This document shows, piece after piece, positions 15,777 to 32,139 of a stretch of 64,000 nucleotides of DNA. The position numbers and the translations under genes are program-made. The notes beneath the pieces were generated by a model, which worked only from the letters and a program-made list of their open reading frames with translations, did not search any database and was not told where the DNA came from. Source of the DNA: the human T2T-CHM13v2.0 reference genome, Homo sapiens; NCBI RefSeq assembly GCF_009914755.1, contig NC_060926.1. The stretch is one strand, 5' to 3'. Positions within the stretch are counted from its first letter, which is position 1. Each line of letters starts with the position of its first letter.

Positions 15777-16267
15777 CTAAAACAGCCTTTGATGAAGCCA
15801 CTGCAGAACCTGATACACTGAAGACTCAGACAGCCCCCTCATCATGCAGTTGCTGAGAGACAACCTAATAACACTGTGGACATCACACAGTGCAGGAAAA
15901 GAACGCAATGCAGCAGAAGGGGCTGAACACTAAATGCATGCAGGGTGTTATCCTTCTTCCCTTCAAGAAACCTTTTTACCATGTCCATTCCTTATTCCAC
16001 TTGGATTTCCTGTAGCAAAGAAACCTATTTATGTGTATGGAACCAACTGTTTATAGTATTTCCACACTGCAGCTTTGAGAAAGCCTGATTCCCTGATTTG
16101 TGTTTGTCTTGGCCTTCCTGGTGTGCAGTTACTGCTGTAGAAAAGTATTAACAGTTTCATTCCATATAAACAAAAGTAACTTGAAAAAACTTATGTAGAG
16201 GACATATTTGTATCTGGTATTTAATCTTAACCAGGTCTGCAAGTGACTGTGTTTTGTATTACTGTAA

Positions 16268-16621
<354 letters not shown>

Positions 16622-18134
16622 AACTTCCTAATTTCTACATTCCCTCCCTTGCTCTTTGAGATTTCCTTTCAGTAAGGAACTTTTCTATGCTCTTAATATA
16701 TTCCTTTTTAGTAGGAACGCAGAAGTATTAGACTGAATGGAAAAGCACTTGCCATCTCTGGGCTGGAGGCCATAAATTTGAAATGCCTCTTATATCACAT
16801 ATTGTAGAGGTCATGTACGTCTGTGGCAACAGGCAGTTTTCCTATTCACTCTTCATTTGCTGCTGTCTAAGTTGACGTCTCTTCCCAATACAAATTCACT
16901 TACACCTCCTGCCTTTGCAGTTCTGGTATTCACTTTACTATGTAATAGAAGTAGCACGTTGCTGCCAGAATACAAGCATTGCTTTTGGCAAATTAAAGCG
17001 CATGTCATCTCTTAATACACTAGAAAGGGGAAATAAGTACCCAAGTCCAAGTCTAAAAGTTTAGTCCTTTTCCATGCAGATTTGTGCACATGTGACAGAG
17101 GGTATCCAGCCTGTCTAGTGATTGTTCTTTAGGGGTGGACCACTGTTATGTGCTGCTAATCACTGGCTGTAGTCCCAAAAGAGCCTTGTAAAAATGCTAT
17201 CCCCTATGAAACAGCAGAGGAACACAAAATAAAATCTCATTTTATAAACCATTTACTATGGCTTTGTAACAACTGCATACCCATACGTTAAGAAACGGGT
17301 GAATTTATTACTTTCTAAGATTTATTGATATCTCCCTTTTATCTTATGTAAATTGTAGTAACAATGCCTATATTTCTGCATTGTGATCCACTTTTTTAGG
17401 GGTGCCTGGAAATGTACAGAATTGGACTGCATTTCTTAGAGTATTTTACTATAGATCAATTTCATGGGCCATCTCTTCCTCAGATGTAAATGATCTCTGG
17501 TGAAGTGTTACATGGAATAAAGTGGACATTTTAAAACTAAAAGTAATATAAATAGTCTAAATACACCAATTAAAAGAGAGACTAGATTTTAGAAGATGAT
17601 CCCATTAAATGCCATATAAAAGGTTGGCACCCATGCCATGGAATCCTCCTCAGCAAGGTAACAAAGCAAACTACTCAAACACCCAGCAACTTGGATAGGC
17701 CTCATGGGCGTCACGCAGAATAAAAAATTCCAATCTCTCACACACTGTATGACTCCATTTATAATAACATTTCCAAAATGACAAAGTTATAGTGAAGGAT
17801 AATAGACTAGGTTCCCAGGGGTTAGGGATGATGGGGGATGCAGGGGTTGGTGTGACTATCGACACCACAGGGGAGATCTTTGTGGTGATAGAATTGTTCT
17901 ATAGTGGTGGTTACAAGAATCTAGACATGATAAAAGGACACAGAACTATCCACACTCATAATACCAATGTCAATTTCCTGATTTTGATATTGTACATTAT
18001 ATACACATAAGTTATCCCAAGAAGTAACTGTCAGGGAAAGATGGGTGAAGTTTGCACTGTATCTCTCTGTCTTTGCAGCTTCCTTTAGTTCTACAATTAT
18101 TTTTAAATAGGTTTTTGAAAAAGCAAAGCAGAAA

Positions 18135-18565
18135 AGAACCAACGAACAAATAATAATTATTAAGGGCAAAAAGAAAATAGGGCATGTTCATCCAGTGGGT
18201 CATTCAACTGAAAGGACTTCACCACAACGTTTGTCAGAGGAGCCCAGAACACTGCCTTACTAAGAGGATGTGTAACAGTACTCTTTTGTCTACTGTGTAT
18301 TCATACAACAAGATTAACTGGATGGGTTCATAAGAAGACAAATGCTAAAGGTTGATGTACACACAAAAGTGATTAGAAAGAGAGCGAATGTTAAAAAATT
18401 TTTCATTGACTTGATCATTCTAATTGCTGTTTATAAACCTAATAAAATGTTTTACAACTGAAAAGATGGCCATTCTCTTTTCAAAATTGTTAGCTGTCAG
18501 TTTTCAAAAACTGATATTTGCATTTGATGATTCAAGTGCAGAAGAACCAGAAGTAGTGATAAGCT
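18135..18565 (+). mobile_element. piggyBac-superfamily DNA transposon fossil (Looper-like), continuation
   Basis: Degenerate transposase motifs KKFFIDLIILIAVYK, FQKLIFAFDD and RTRSSDKL, resembling piggyBac FIGLIIL / LRFDD / DKL. Confidence 0.65.
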
Positions 18566-18886
<321 letters not shown>

Positions 18887-19427
18887 TATGCTCTGAAATC
18901 TCCTCACATTTGCTTACATTAATGCTCATTAATCCTCTCTTCTTTACACAGATCCCAGTATCAACGCTCCTTTTATTCATCTCCTGACCAGGAACACGAA
19001 ACTGTTACCCATGCCTTTTCATTTTCCCCTTCATTATCCTCTGCACCTTACATTTCTAAATGGAAACCCTTCAATGACTACCTACTTAACTCTCCAACAT
19101 GATCTCCTCACGTTGCCCAGGATCTTTCTTGCTTCAGTATTACCAAGCTGCTTGGAGTGCTCCAAGCCCACTTACTATGAGTTTCATTGCTCTACGTTCA
19201 TGCTGTCTGCCTACCAGATCCACCTTCTCTTTCTTTACTGGAAAAAATTCCATGCATCCTTCAAAATACTCTTTCATTGTCTTCCTGTGAAGTTTTCTCT
19301 GACCTCTATCCTCTCTTTAGCTCCTTTTTATCTTGTTAACTACACTATTTTATATCAACACAAACTGTACTATAATTACATACTTATCTCTTTTTCCCTC
19401 CTCAGCTATGAGTTCCTTAACAGCAGG

Positions 19428-19925
19428 TTTGTCAGGAGTTCCTAAGACTATCCCCAGGTTCAGTGATTCACTTGAAGGACTCACAGGACTCACCATTGAG
19501 TTGCAGCACAGGGAAAAGACACACGGAGAGAAGTTTGGAAGAAACCAGGTATGCAGTGACTCAGGACACACTTCCTTCCCACAGTAGCGAGTGCTGACAA
19601 CACGTGCAATGTGTTGTGTTGTCTACCACGAAAGCTCATTGGAGACTCAATGTCAAAGGCTATTACTGCGGGCTGGTCACATAGGCACCCGCTGCCTAGT
19701 ACATACCAAAATTTCAGACTCCAATAAGGAAACCAGGTGTTCAGCATAACCACACAACTTGTACAAATAGTTTAGGCACACTGAGCCACTCTTCTCATAT
19801 AGGGAAAGGTTATTATCAGGGTTTATCAGCCAAGTTCCCAGAGGCCAGCCGAGGACCAGCCTTTCAAGCCAGGCTTTCTGATAATTAGCAGTCTCAGATT
19901 TGCCATGTTAACTCTTTTCTGCACA
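19428..19925 (-). mobile_element. MER21-type solo LTR
   Basis: Minus strand starts TGTGCAGAAAAGAGTTAACA; 5-bp TSD GCAGG at 19423-19427 and 19926-19930. Confidence 0.8.
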
Positions 19926-20243
19926 GCAGGAATCATATTTTAGTCTTTTTTTTTTCCCCCTAAATGCCATTGCCTTACAGAATGCCAAGCAATAAGTAAC
20001 AAGAGGCAAATCCTCTTAAACTAAAAAAATGTATTTAAAAATTGATCAATAATATGCATAAAATTTGTTATACCATTACTTATAAGATTAAGCTAATTAT
20101 GGTAATTGTAAAATGGAATATTATGGACCCACTACAATTCATGGTATGGGAAACATTTGTGATATTAAGCAAAAAATGTACATTATACAATATGCACAGT
20201 ATGAGGCCAATCCCATTTTTTGAGGGAGACACATATGTAGTAC

Positions 20244-20741
20244 TGTGAGACAAATTAGCAAACATAGGAAGCCATGTTTGCCATTTCCGCTTGAACCCCG
20301 AGTATGTGACAAAATACTCCCTGGAAGAATGTTTTGAAGACAAAATAGGGTAGAGCACATGGCCCACCACATCTCTTGCCTGAGTCACGATGTTTCTTAT
20401 AGGATACGTGACCCGTCCTTGCCTTTTTCTGCACGTGAGATAACATCTGACGGGGTTAGTGAGTATGCTTCTGCAAGCTATAACCAGATATCCTCTCATA
20501 CCCAAACCTCATGATTCCGCTTTTATGGAACTTTCTGAGCAAGTGCGATATGATTTTACCTGGAATGGTCCTGCACTACCTGCATATAAGCAGTGGCTGG
20601 AACACTGTGCAGGGGCCATCTCACAAGACCTCTCCAAAGGACCACTCCCAGGCTGCCAGCCTCGGGCTATAGTCCTTAGCAAGACTTCTGAGTAAAATTA
20701 ACTTTAATTCTTTAAAAGCTTGATTTTTTCCTTTAGTTGAC
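20244..20741 (+). mobile_element. ERV1-class solo LTR (MER67-like)
   Basis: TGTGAGACAAA start and aagacttctgagtaaaattaactttaattctttaaaagcttga...ttagttgac end; subfamily recalled. Confidence 0.65.
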
Positions 20742-20884
20742 TATATATATAATATATACTATATATAATATATTCATATATACTATAAATACCATATGAG
20801 TATTTACTATATATGATATCATATTAGTATATACTCTATATTATATTAGTATATATTGCATTATCTGTCTATCTATCTATCTAT
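20742..20884. repeat. TA-rich low-complexity tract ending in (TCTA)n
   Basis: Direct reading. Confidence 0.85.
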
Positions 20885-20889
20885 AAGGT

Positions 20890-21601
<712 letters not shown>

Positions 21602-22387
21602 AATCCAGAAAAAATGAAAGAAAATATACCAAAAATGTTTAACACTGCTCTAAAGATTTAGTTCACTGGTATTTTATTTAAGATTTCATCCTATTAGGTA
21701 AGGCTGATCTATTAGTCTCTTTTTTATGCTATTCTTGTCCACTACTGGTTTCAGAGTCCAGTGCAACTTTATCCACTGTATCCATTGCACAATGGGTCTA
21801 GAACTGGACAATTACTCACATCCCCAAAACCTGATTAGTAATGTTTCTGAAGCAGCACAAAAAAATCAGTTAATGTTCTGTAATAACCCAATGTTCTCAG
21901 TGTAGTCCCCTCTCATATGTCGGCCATGAATAATATCCTTTCAGAGTTAAGAATACCTCAAACAGATTCCAGACAACCTCTGAGCACAGCACATGTACTG
22001 CTTAAGAAGCTTTCCAACCTGGAAAAATTAGATTAGGAGTCTGTTTCAGGAAATGGATGCTAGCCAACTAAGCTGAACATAAAATAAAATAATACCATGC
22101 CAAGTGCAAGGTCTAAATCGGCAAACTTTAACATATCAGCAAGAAAGGCTGCTGACCAATTTGGCAGAGGCTAGGTCTACATTCTAGACCCTAGTTAGGT
22201 CCTGTTTTAAAATTAGGTCCTTATTTATAACACCTGAAACATTCAAGACTCTTCTTTTTAGAAAGTCAATATGGCAAAAACTTTCTTATGCCCTGATGTT
22301 GTATGTGTATATTTACAGCTCAAAGAGTCCCAGGTGTGCTGGTGCCTAACCCTGGCTGCCAATCAGAATTACCTAGGGGCACGTTCG

Positions 22388-23990
22388 AGAACTTCCCAGG
22401 GGATGTCTAACTTCTAGCATAACAGAGTGAGAAGGCTCACAAATCCTCTTCCCACAAAGCAACTATAAAGCTGGTCAAGAGTCAAAAACAACCTAGTTGG
22501 TGCTCTGGAAAGCAAGCAAGACATTCAACAAACTGAGAAGTGTTTATTCATGAAACCCACTGGACTCCAGGTGAGAACAGCACAAGTCTGTGACTTTTCC
22601 TGCCAAGAGCTGCCCTCATCTGCCCTGCCCTCAGCTCTGTCAATTCAGAAGTTTAACAGGCGTGGGGCAGGCCTTGAAAACTAGCAAACTCACTGCCACT
22701 GCTGGCAGGGACTCATTGGATTTGCAGTGTTGTCAGTGAGAGCAGCAAGCCCAGAGGCAGGCAAGCAGCACGGAGGGCCAGAGGCCTGCTGCCATGAGGC
22801 TGCTGTTCTATCTGGGACAAGCAATGGACTGGCACACCAGCTGGAGACTTAATAGGGAGGCCTTGAAAATGAGATGGCTGTAGGGGGCTTATAAAGCTCT
22901 TCACACATCCCAGGTGGACTGGAGGCTCTGAGCATGCACAGCAGACAGCAGTGCAGGCCCACACCACCCATGCACACCTGGTCATTAGAGCCCATGCATG
23001 CACACACACAGAGGAGCTGTAAAAGGAGACCAGGGCAAAGTACAGCTGGGGCGCACTCGCAAACAGCTTGCAGTACCGTGTGCTCCACAGTCCAACAGGT
23101 CCTGAGCAGAGAAGGGAGCCCTACCGGCTCGAGGTGTTTGACTACAAGCACTGACCAATCTTTACTGAACACTATGCTATGCAGACACAGGGGCAACCTC
23201 TCTAGGAAACCAGGCTTAAAAATAAGAACTAATCAAAACGGAAGTACAGAGACATCCAGAGTCAGATACAGCCGGAGAGACAGACTTGAGATTTAGTCCA
23301 GTCCAGTTACTTAAACAAATAGCAAATAAAACAATCACCATCCACTTGAGTTAAAATGTAAAGAATCCAGAACTGCATCAATATATTACCTAAAATATAT
23401 GGTGGTCAACAAAAATTCACAAGACAGCAAAGGAAAAAGAAACCAGGACTCATACTCGGGGGAAAAATAAAATTCCGGCAGTCAGTGGAAGTGGTCTCTG
23501 AGTATTCCCAGATGCTGGGTTTAGCAGATGAAGACTTCGAAACAGTTACTATAAATAAGTTAAAAGAACTAATGAAGCCAAGTTTAAAGAACTAAAGGAC
23601 CATGTGAGGAAACTGACTCAATGAATAGAGAAAACGAAGAGACAGGAAATATAAAACAAAATGGAATTTAGTTGTTAGAGCAACTAAAATTAAAATTCAC
23701 TAGAGAGGCTCAGCAGCAGATTTCAGATGGCAGAAGAACAGAAGAATCAGTGAACTTGATGTTAGATTAATAGAAATTATCGAGTCTGAAGAACAGAGAG
23801 AAAAAAGATTGAGGAAAACTGAACAAACTGAACAGACTGAACAGAGAGGCCCCAGAGTATAGGATACCCCCAAGCGTTCACAGAAGGAAATAGAGAAAAA
23901 GTAGTAGAAAAAAATATATGAAAAAGTAATGACTTTCTACAAACTAGGAACAGAGGGGAACTTCCTCAACTGGATAAAGAACACCTCCTT
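22388..23990 (+). mobile_element. Old L1 5' region / ORF1 remnant
   Basis: L1M 5'UTR-like start; aaattcactagagaggctcagcagcagattt...gaagaatcagtgaacttga ORF1 motifs. Confidence 0.65.
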
Positions 23991-24059
23991 AAAGGCAGAG
24001 GAATCTCTGAAAAATGTCAATCAGACTGTGGTACACCCTCGGCATAAAGCTTCCCACTG

Positions 24060-24615
24060 AGGAATAAAATCCAAAGATGTCCCTGTGGCCTCCATATCCA
24101 GTGTGACCTGGCCCCTGCTTGCTTTTCCAACTTTATCTCCCACCACACCCCCAACACTCCCTACCCCTAACAGTGCTTTAGCCACACTAGCTTCCTTTTA
24201 CACTCTCCTAATGTGCCACACTCATCTGGCCTCAGGACTTTTGTACTTGCTGTGATACTGCCAGGACCCCTCTTCACTCCAACTCTCTGGCTTCTTATTA
24301 TTTAGGTCTCAGTTCAACTGTCACCTCCTCAGAGAGGCATTCTGTGACCACTCGCATCTAAACAGCCGTCATTCCCACCTCAGTCACTTGTCATCGCCTT
24401 AGCTTGTTTGGTTGTCAGTATTCATCCCTCTCTGAAATAACTCAGTCTGCCTAGTTGCTCAACTACGACTGTGTAACATCCTCCAACTTAACATCTCTGT
24501 AAGTAGGGTCTGTATGGCAAGGACATTACCTATCTTGTTTACCATGAAATTGCCAGTGCCTAGTGGATCACCACCTAGTACACGCTCAATAAACACTAGG
24601 TGAATGAATAAATAA
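24060..24615 (-). mobile_element. L2 fragment
   Basis: ggtctcagttcaactgtcacctcctcagagagg...cgctcaataaacac..tgaatgaataaat L2 3' signature. Confidence 0.7.
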
Positions 24616-24701
24616 CTGAGCTGAAGAGAGAAAAAGCAGCAATACGAAGAAAGCTACTTCAGATCAAAAGCACTATGCCGGCCTATGTAAAAAGTGTAAA
24701 A

Positions 24702-25226
<525 letters not shown>

Positions 25227-25868
25227 TACTATGCCAATAAACCACTAATATCCTGTAACTAGGATTAGCAAATTTCCCTCAAGATCAAATTTGTTATTGC
25301 AGTAGTTTATGTGCTGAGACCAATAAGGTCAATGTTCAATTACTCCTCCACAGCTGAGCAAACATGCTTCTGGAGAGTACACCAGAGGCGCAACTGACAT
25401 TGGGAACAAACATCCCTTAAGGCAGGTGACAGGAGGACATCTGGAGTGCTGCATTTCTACCTTATCATTAACCCTAGCTTTCCGATAAGGAAATCCAAGT
25501 TACTTACCTTGATTCCAAGAAGCTCCCCTGAGAAGAGGGTTTATTGAGCTTCTAGATCTTAATCAGCACACTGAAAGATTACCTTTCATTACTGCCCCAG
25601 CAAATGCCTGCCACCACCTCCGGAAATGCTTGCCCTCTCCCCATTTTAAGCACGGATTGCAATGCTGTGCAGGTTTCACAGGTGTGATTAATTCATTGGA
25701 TCGTGGACTCTGTCAGGTACAGAGGTCATAATGATCTTAAATGATGGTTCTAGATCGCAGGGAGCTTCATTCACCAGCATGCCTAAACGAGTTCAGCAGC
25801 AGCATTCAGGTTCCTTGTTCCACCTGATCATGGCCAGTCATTCTCTACCACCGCCTCTCACTTCATGA

Positions 25869-25999
25869 ACAGGGTGACTGCATGCTATCTTTGCCTAGGA
25901 CGGTTCCAATTTACAACTGTTACCCCAGCATGACTGTCAACAGTACTCCCTTTACTCTCAAGTGCCCTGCTCTGGACAGTAAATCATATGATCACCCTA
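25869..25999 (-). mobile_element. MER94-like hAT-Blackjack MITE
   Basis: agggtgac...atatgatcaccct terminal inverted repeats, ~130 bp. Confidence 0.6.
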
Positions 26000-26101
26000 G
26001 CTACAGAGGAAATTAATATTGTCCATTTTAAAAGTATCTATAGTGGAACAATTGATTAGGTGATTGTGGAGTAGTCCGAACTTAATGAAAATCAACTAAC
26101 A

Positions 26102-26411
26102 GGCCGGGCGCGGTGGCTCACGCCTGTAATCCCAGCACTTTGGGAGGCCGAGGCAGGTGGATCATGAGGTCAGGAGATCGAGACCATCCTGGCTAACAAG
26201 GTGAAACCCCGTCTCTACTAAAAATACAAAAAATTAGCCGGGCGCGGTGGCGGGCGCCTGTAGTCCCAGCTACTCGGGGGCTGAGGCAGGAGAATGGCGT
26301 GAACCCGGGAAGCGGAGCTTGCAGTGAGCCGAGATTGCGCCACTGCAGTCCGCAGTCCGACCTGGGCGACAGAGCGAGACTCCGTCTCAAAAAAAAAAAA
26401 AAAAAAGAAAA
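26102..26411 (+). mobile_element. AluYb8 (human-specific)
   Basis: 7-bp duplication GCAGTCC-GCAGTCC (26345-26358), plus GGATCATGAGG, CTAACAAGGTG, GGGAAGCGG and GAGATTGCG diagnostics; perfect 15-bp TSD GAAAATCAACTAACA. Confidence 0.95.
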
Positions 26412-26809
26412 GAAAATCAACTAACAATAAAATTCCCATTATTGAACACAGCTCAGTGTGCCCAAACACTGAAAATGAGAAAACCAATGCAGACGCTGAA
26501 CCGATTGATAAAAATAGTAACACAGAGGTTTTGATATTGTGCCCTAAATGCTATCCACCATGTATGTAGGGACAAAAAAGCTATTTCTACTCTTTTATGT
26601 CATGACCTAAACCCTAAAAGTTAAGCTTTTGAGTGAAGAAGAATGAAAATTCTAGACAATAGCCAGTTTGGATGAATTTGGACCAGAATCTTGCTAGGAA
26701 CTAGAGAACGGAATGGTGTAAAAAGTGGCTTCAGAGTGACATCAGCAAAAATGGTAGAGGAGGGGCCACCGAGGTGTGTCCCTCCGCAGAAGTATCAAAA
26801 TGATGTGAG

Positions 26810-27068
26810 TTTTATTTTTATTTTTATTTTTATGATCTCAGCTCACTGCAACCTCCGCCTCCAGATTCAAGTGATTCTGCTACCTCAGCATCCCAAGTAG
26901 CAGGGACTATAGGCGCCCACCACCATGCCCAGCTAATTTTTGTATTTTTAGTAGAGACGGGGTTTCACCATGTTGGCCAGGATGGTCTCGATCTCCTGAC
27001 CTCATGCTCCACCCGCGTCGGCCTCCCAAAGTGCTGGGATTATAGGCATTGAGCCACTGTGCCCGGCC
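26810..27068 (-). mobile_element. AluS (Sc-like) lacking its last ~45 nt before the tail
   Basis: (T/A) tail joined directly to atgatctcagctcactg; TSD tgatgtgagttt / tgatgtgaattt. Confidence 0.88.
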
Positions 27069-27371
27069 TGATGTGAATTTAAAAAAAAAAAAAAGCTGTA
27101 GAATATACATGGCATACTGCTATCTGTGTAAATTTTTTAGATACATAAAATTATATATGTACATATATACATACATAAAAAGTGAATATTCACATCCATA
27201 AATCAACATATAAAAATGCATTACAGGAGTACACAACATGATGTGGTCTGCCTCAGTCTAGGCAGGGCAGCAGAGATGGAAACTGGCTGGGAGACTTTAG
27301 GGAGATCTGCCATGCTTTCTTCATTAAAAATGAAAAAAAAAAAAAAGACTAGAAGTAAATATGAAAAATCT

Positions 27372-27652
27372 GGGCTGGGCACGGTGGCTTATGCCTGTTA
27401 TCCCAGCACTTTGGGAGGCCAAGGCAGGCAGAACACTTGAGCTCAGAAGTTTGAGACCATCCTGGCCAACATGGTAAAACTCCATCTCTACTAAAAATAC
27501 AAAATTAGCTGGGTGTGGTGGCGGGTGCCTGTAGTCCCAGCTGCTTGGAAGGCTGAGGCACGTGAATCACTTGAACCTGGGAGGCAGAGGTACAGTGAGC
27601 TGAGATCACGTCATTGCACTCCAGCCTGGGTGACAGAGAGAGACCCTGTCTC
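27372..27652 (+). mobile_element. AluS
   Basis: Full dimer. Confidence 0.93.
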
Positions 27653-28557
27653 CATTTTTTTAAAAAATGAAAAATCTGAGTAATAGGAATATAGGTGTTT
27701 CTGTATCATTTAGTATACTTTTCTGTATAATTTTTTAAAATTTAAATGGGGTAGGGTGGCATGCAGGCATGGCCTCTGCCTCCTTAAGAAGCTCATTGTT
27801 TAAACTCTAGCCTAGTTTATTTTTGCTGGCTGCTAGCAATCACTGCTTCTTTTTATAAGTGCTCATGCTCACAAAACACCCAATGAATATCTGTCCCCAA
27901 ATGTCAAGCTCTGCCATCTGCAATAGCCACTTTCTCGTCCTTTAATAACAATCATAATGGTATCTGCCTTTATTTTACCTCCTAGCACTTCTCCCGATGT
28001 TACAGCTCCTCTACAATCAACAGCGGAATGAGAGGGGAGAAAAAAATCATACCAGTCTCATGAGAGCTAAAATGACCCTCCCAAGATGAAAGAGCAAGCT
28101 ACAAGAGAACCAAGGTCTCCAGACTCTAGCGTCTCCCCAGTGATAGCACAGCCATTATTCCTCAGGAAAAGAAAACCATGAACAGCATCTGGAGAGGTCA
28201 ATCACTTCCACAACCACCCTGCCTGTCCCTTCTGAGAAGGGACCAAATCCTACCATTCCAGAGCAAGGCTGCTCATGTGTAATCTCCGGAGTCCTTTCTG
28301 GATCTTCTCTATGACTTAATCCAAACAGTGAGACATCTGTTTGAATTCCACCATTCCACAACATACCTAACCCTCAACAGGACTCGCTTTTAGAAAATGG
28401 TTTCAAAGTAACTTAAGTTCCACACTGTGAATCTACATTTTCTGGCTATTTATAAATTTGTTGCCAGTTGCCTCAAGTTTACTTTAATCAACTGTAATAG
28501 ACCAAAATATATAAGTTAAGCCTACGACATCCTCCCCTATGATGCAGTCAATGTTAG

Positions 28558-28785
<228 letters not shown>

Positions 28786-30899
28786 TTAGATATACTCGCT
28801 GATAATGTGTTTTATTTTAATGAAAAGCCATGAGATTTATAAGTACCCTCCTCTGCATCAAAACAATAAACCTGAAATCCTAAAGTCTAACATTATGTGT
28901 AATTATTTCTAGAAAAAAAAAGTTATACCTGCCGTAAACTTTGGCATATATTTTGCTAGGAAGACACTTCAGCAGTTACACTTAGTAACAAAACAAAGAT
29001 CCACTGCCTCACTCCAGTTAACACGTGCCTCTTCCAGAAATACCAGCAACCAGTAATGTAGATGCTTCCATTTAAAGGGAACGTTGCTGGAGTAAACAAC
29101 AGATTTTTGCATGATTCAAGTATCCTTTAACTAATGGCAGCATGAACTGATTTTTCAACCTAAAAACAACAGTTAAACTGGTTGTTTAACCATCAGGTTA
29201 AACTAGTTTTTTGCCAGCTTTCTTAAATTGAAACTGTGCACTTAAAAAGAAATGCAACATAAACAATAGGGTGAGAATATAATTAAATACTAGCTAAGAA
29301 GATACAGTTTTGTAAAAAGTATACAAAGAAATCACATTGGGTGACAGACAACGTGAGCATCCCAGAAGCTCATCTGTGGAGGACTCATCCAGAGAACACG
29401 GCTCTACTGCCCTGGAGGCAGTGGGCATTCCCTGAGAGCCGATTCAGGCTGTACACCCCATGGAGTCAGACACACCTAGGTTCAGACCTTCTTTCTGAAT
29501 TCACTTTCTAGTCATCTCATATAGCTGGATTAAGTACTTTGCTAATTGCCTGAGTGTCTTCATGTCAAACAGGGATATTAATACTCACTTCCTTCCCTAG
29601 AGCTGTAGTGTGGACTAAATGAGACCACGGAGAAAAAGGCGGTCTACAAAGGGTACTCTTCACTGCTCCCAAACACCAACTCTAAGCTTGTTTTCAGTCT
29701 ATAAGCTACAGGCTTATTTCCCCTGAAATGACAGCACCATACAGCAATAATGGAGGTCCAATCGGTTCTATTATTTCTCTGCACAACTGTCTACAAACAA
29801 ATGGGACTTTATTACTGATTTAAAAAGGGGAAAACAGGAATGGACAAAGGATAGATTTTGTCTATTTTAGGGAGAATGTTGCAGAATTACAAAAGAGGCA
29901 ACGAGATAAATGCATATTATGAGGCGCAACAAAAATAAGACATTTTACAAGTCTTGAAGTTCAAGTTTTTAAGTTTAACTTACACCAACTTAATGAAAGA
30001 ACAACCCAGTAGAAGGGAAAAACCTAACATGGTAGCCAACCACTGGACATCCAGTTCAGGAGTATGAGATTTCCTGGAACATTTACCTCCTTTTTCCACA
30101 ACTCACACACAGGATTTGTGAAGAATGTTTTTCAAAATTTTTGGTACTTTGAAACAGCAACCAAGCTGCCAACAGAAGCCTCTCTACACACAAGCTTGCC
30201 AGGACAAACAAAGGGGTAAATTCAAGCCATGACTGGCCATCTGCCACAGCATAAAGCAAGAGATAAACTAGTTGGCAAACTCTTTCCCTAGCCCACAACA
30301 CTTTTCACATTCTCCTTTAAGTAAGAAATTCAGGCTACCCAGTTTCCCTATAAAACTCCAGTCCTATTAGAACTTCACTTTAGTGAGCTGGAGTTCACCA
30401 ACACAGAGCAAAGTCTTAGCCATCAATGAAATCTCACTGAAAAGGAGAGTAGAGCAACATGACTGGTTAAATTGGAAAAAAAAACAATCAATGACCATTT
30501 CCCAAAAACAACAGGAACACTTTTGTCCATCACTAACCCTCATAGACACCCAAATTTTGAAGTCTCTAAAACAACTCCTCGTGAAAGGAACTAGGATCTT
30601 AAGACATAGCTAATTCCACATCATCAGACAGGAAAATAAAAACCAGGATGGGTCTGCAAGCATGGAAACAGGGTAAGAATGCAAGAGTGCTTTCAAGGAT
30701 GTCAGGGGAGAATGCAGAAGAGGCAAAGAAAACAGCCTAACATGGTATCCGGTAGCCAGGTTGTGACAATGTAGATATTAAAAGAAAACAAATTATATTT
30801 AGTGGATATACATTTGAAAACAAAAAAAGTTATTCCAAAAAAGTTGAAATGCAAAAATTGAAAGACAAGGAATATGATTAATTTTGTGTCAGTTTGGGT

Positions 30900-31198
<299 letters not shown>

Positions 31199-32139
31199 TA
31201 ATTTTTTTCTGAATTTGAATAAGTAGAAGACAGTCAATACATTTGTTATTTCCTTCCTCTAATAAGTATGTCTGCTTATATAGAAAATTTTGTCTATCTG
31301 TGTGTACAATAATGAAGGAAGGAAAAAGGAAGTTCTGTGTAAACCCACAGTTTTGGAGCAAAATAAGAAGTATAAGAAGAACGGCGGGTGGGGAGGAAGA
31401 TAAGCACAGTGGTCACATAAAGAAGTTGGGTTAAAAAAAAATCAGTGATCTGTCGTAAAATAACCAAGATGCTAGACTAGACCTCTTGTCTGAGAAGAAG
31501 AAAAAAACTCTAAGTGGCCTTCTAATCAGAAGATCCCAACAAGAAATGCTTAAGTTTGCAATCTCTCTACTAAGTCGATATAATGACAAGTGGTCGGTAA
31601 GGAATGCTATTCCATAGGGGAAACACCAGCCTGGGCAAAACTAAAATCTATATGATAAATTTGAGCTCAAAAGGCCTCATTAAACTAACAAGTTAATTTG
31701 GAAAAAAAAAAAAAAAAAAGGACCCAGACAACAAGTAACCTAGATTTAAATTACATCGGGGGAAGCAACCAGGTTCCTGGCCCCTACTCAATGCTCAGTC
31801 AATAATCCTGATCACATTTGACACGAATGGTCCCAGAAGACACTCACTTTTTTATTTTCCAGCTTGATGAGATTTCTAAAATCCCAGAAAGGTATAAAAA
31901 TGAGAATTACTATTAACTTTAGGAAGGTTTAGAGATGAAGAAATTAATGAAAAAGCCCATAGTATTGCTAATTAATAATAAGTTTAAATATAAATATGGT
32001 AGTTTTACAATATTTGTGCTTGTTTTTATATTGATTGAGGTGTTTGAAGTTCAAAAAAAAAATCAGCTAACCACTTAAGTAACTTACAAGAGAAAAAAAG
32101 ACATGTGTTCACACGTGCATAAGTACCACGTTAGCCTCA

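Noticed and set aside
29160-29210. Imperfect hairpin with GTTAAACT repeated twice
   Set aside because: Short and AT-rich; could arise by chance.
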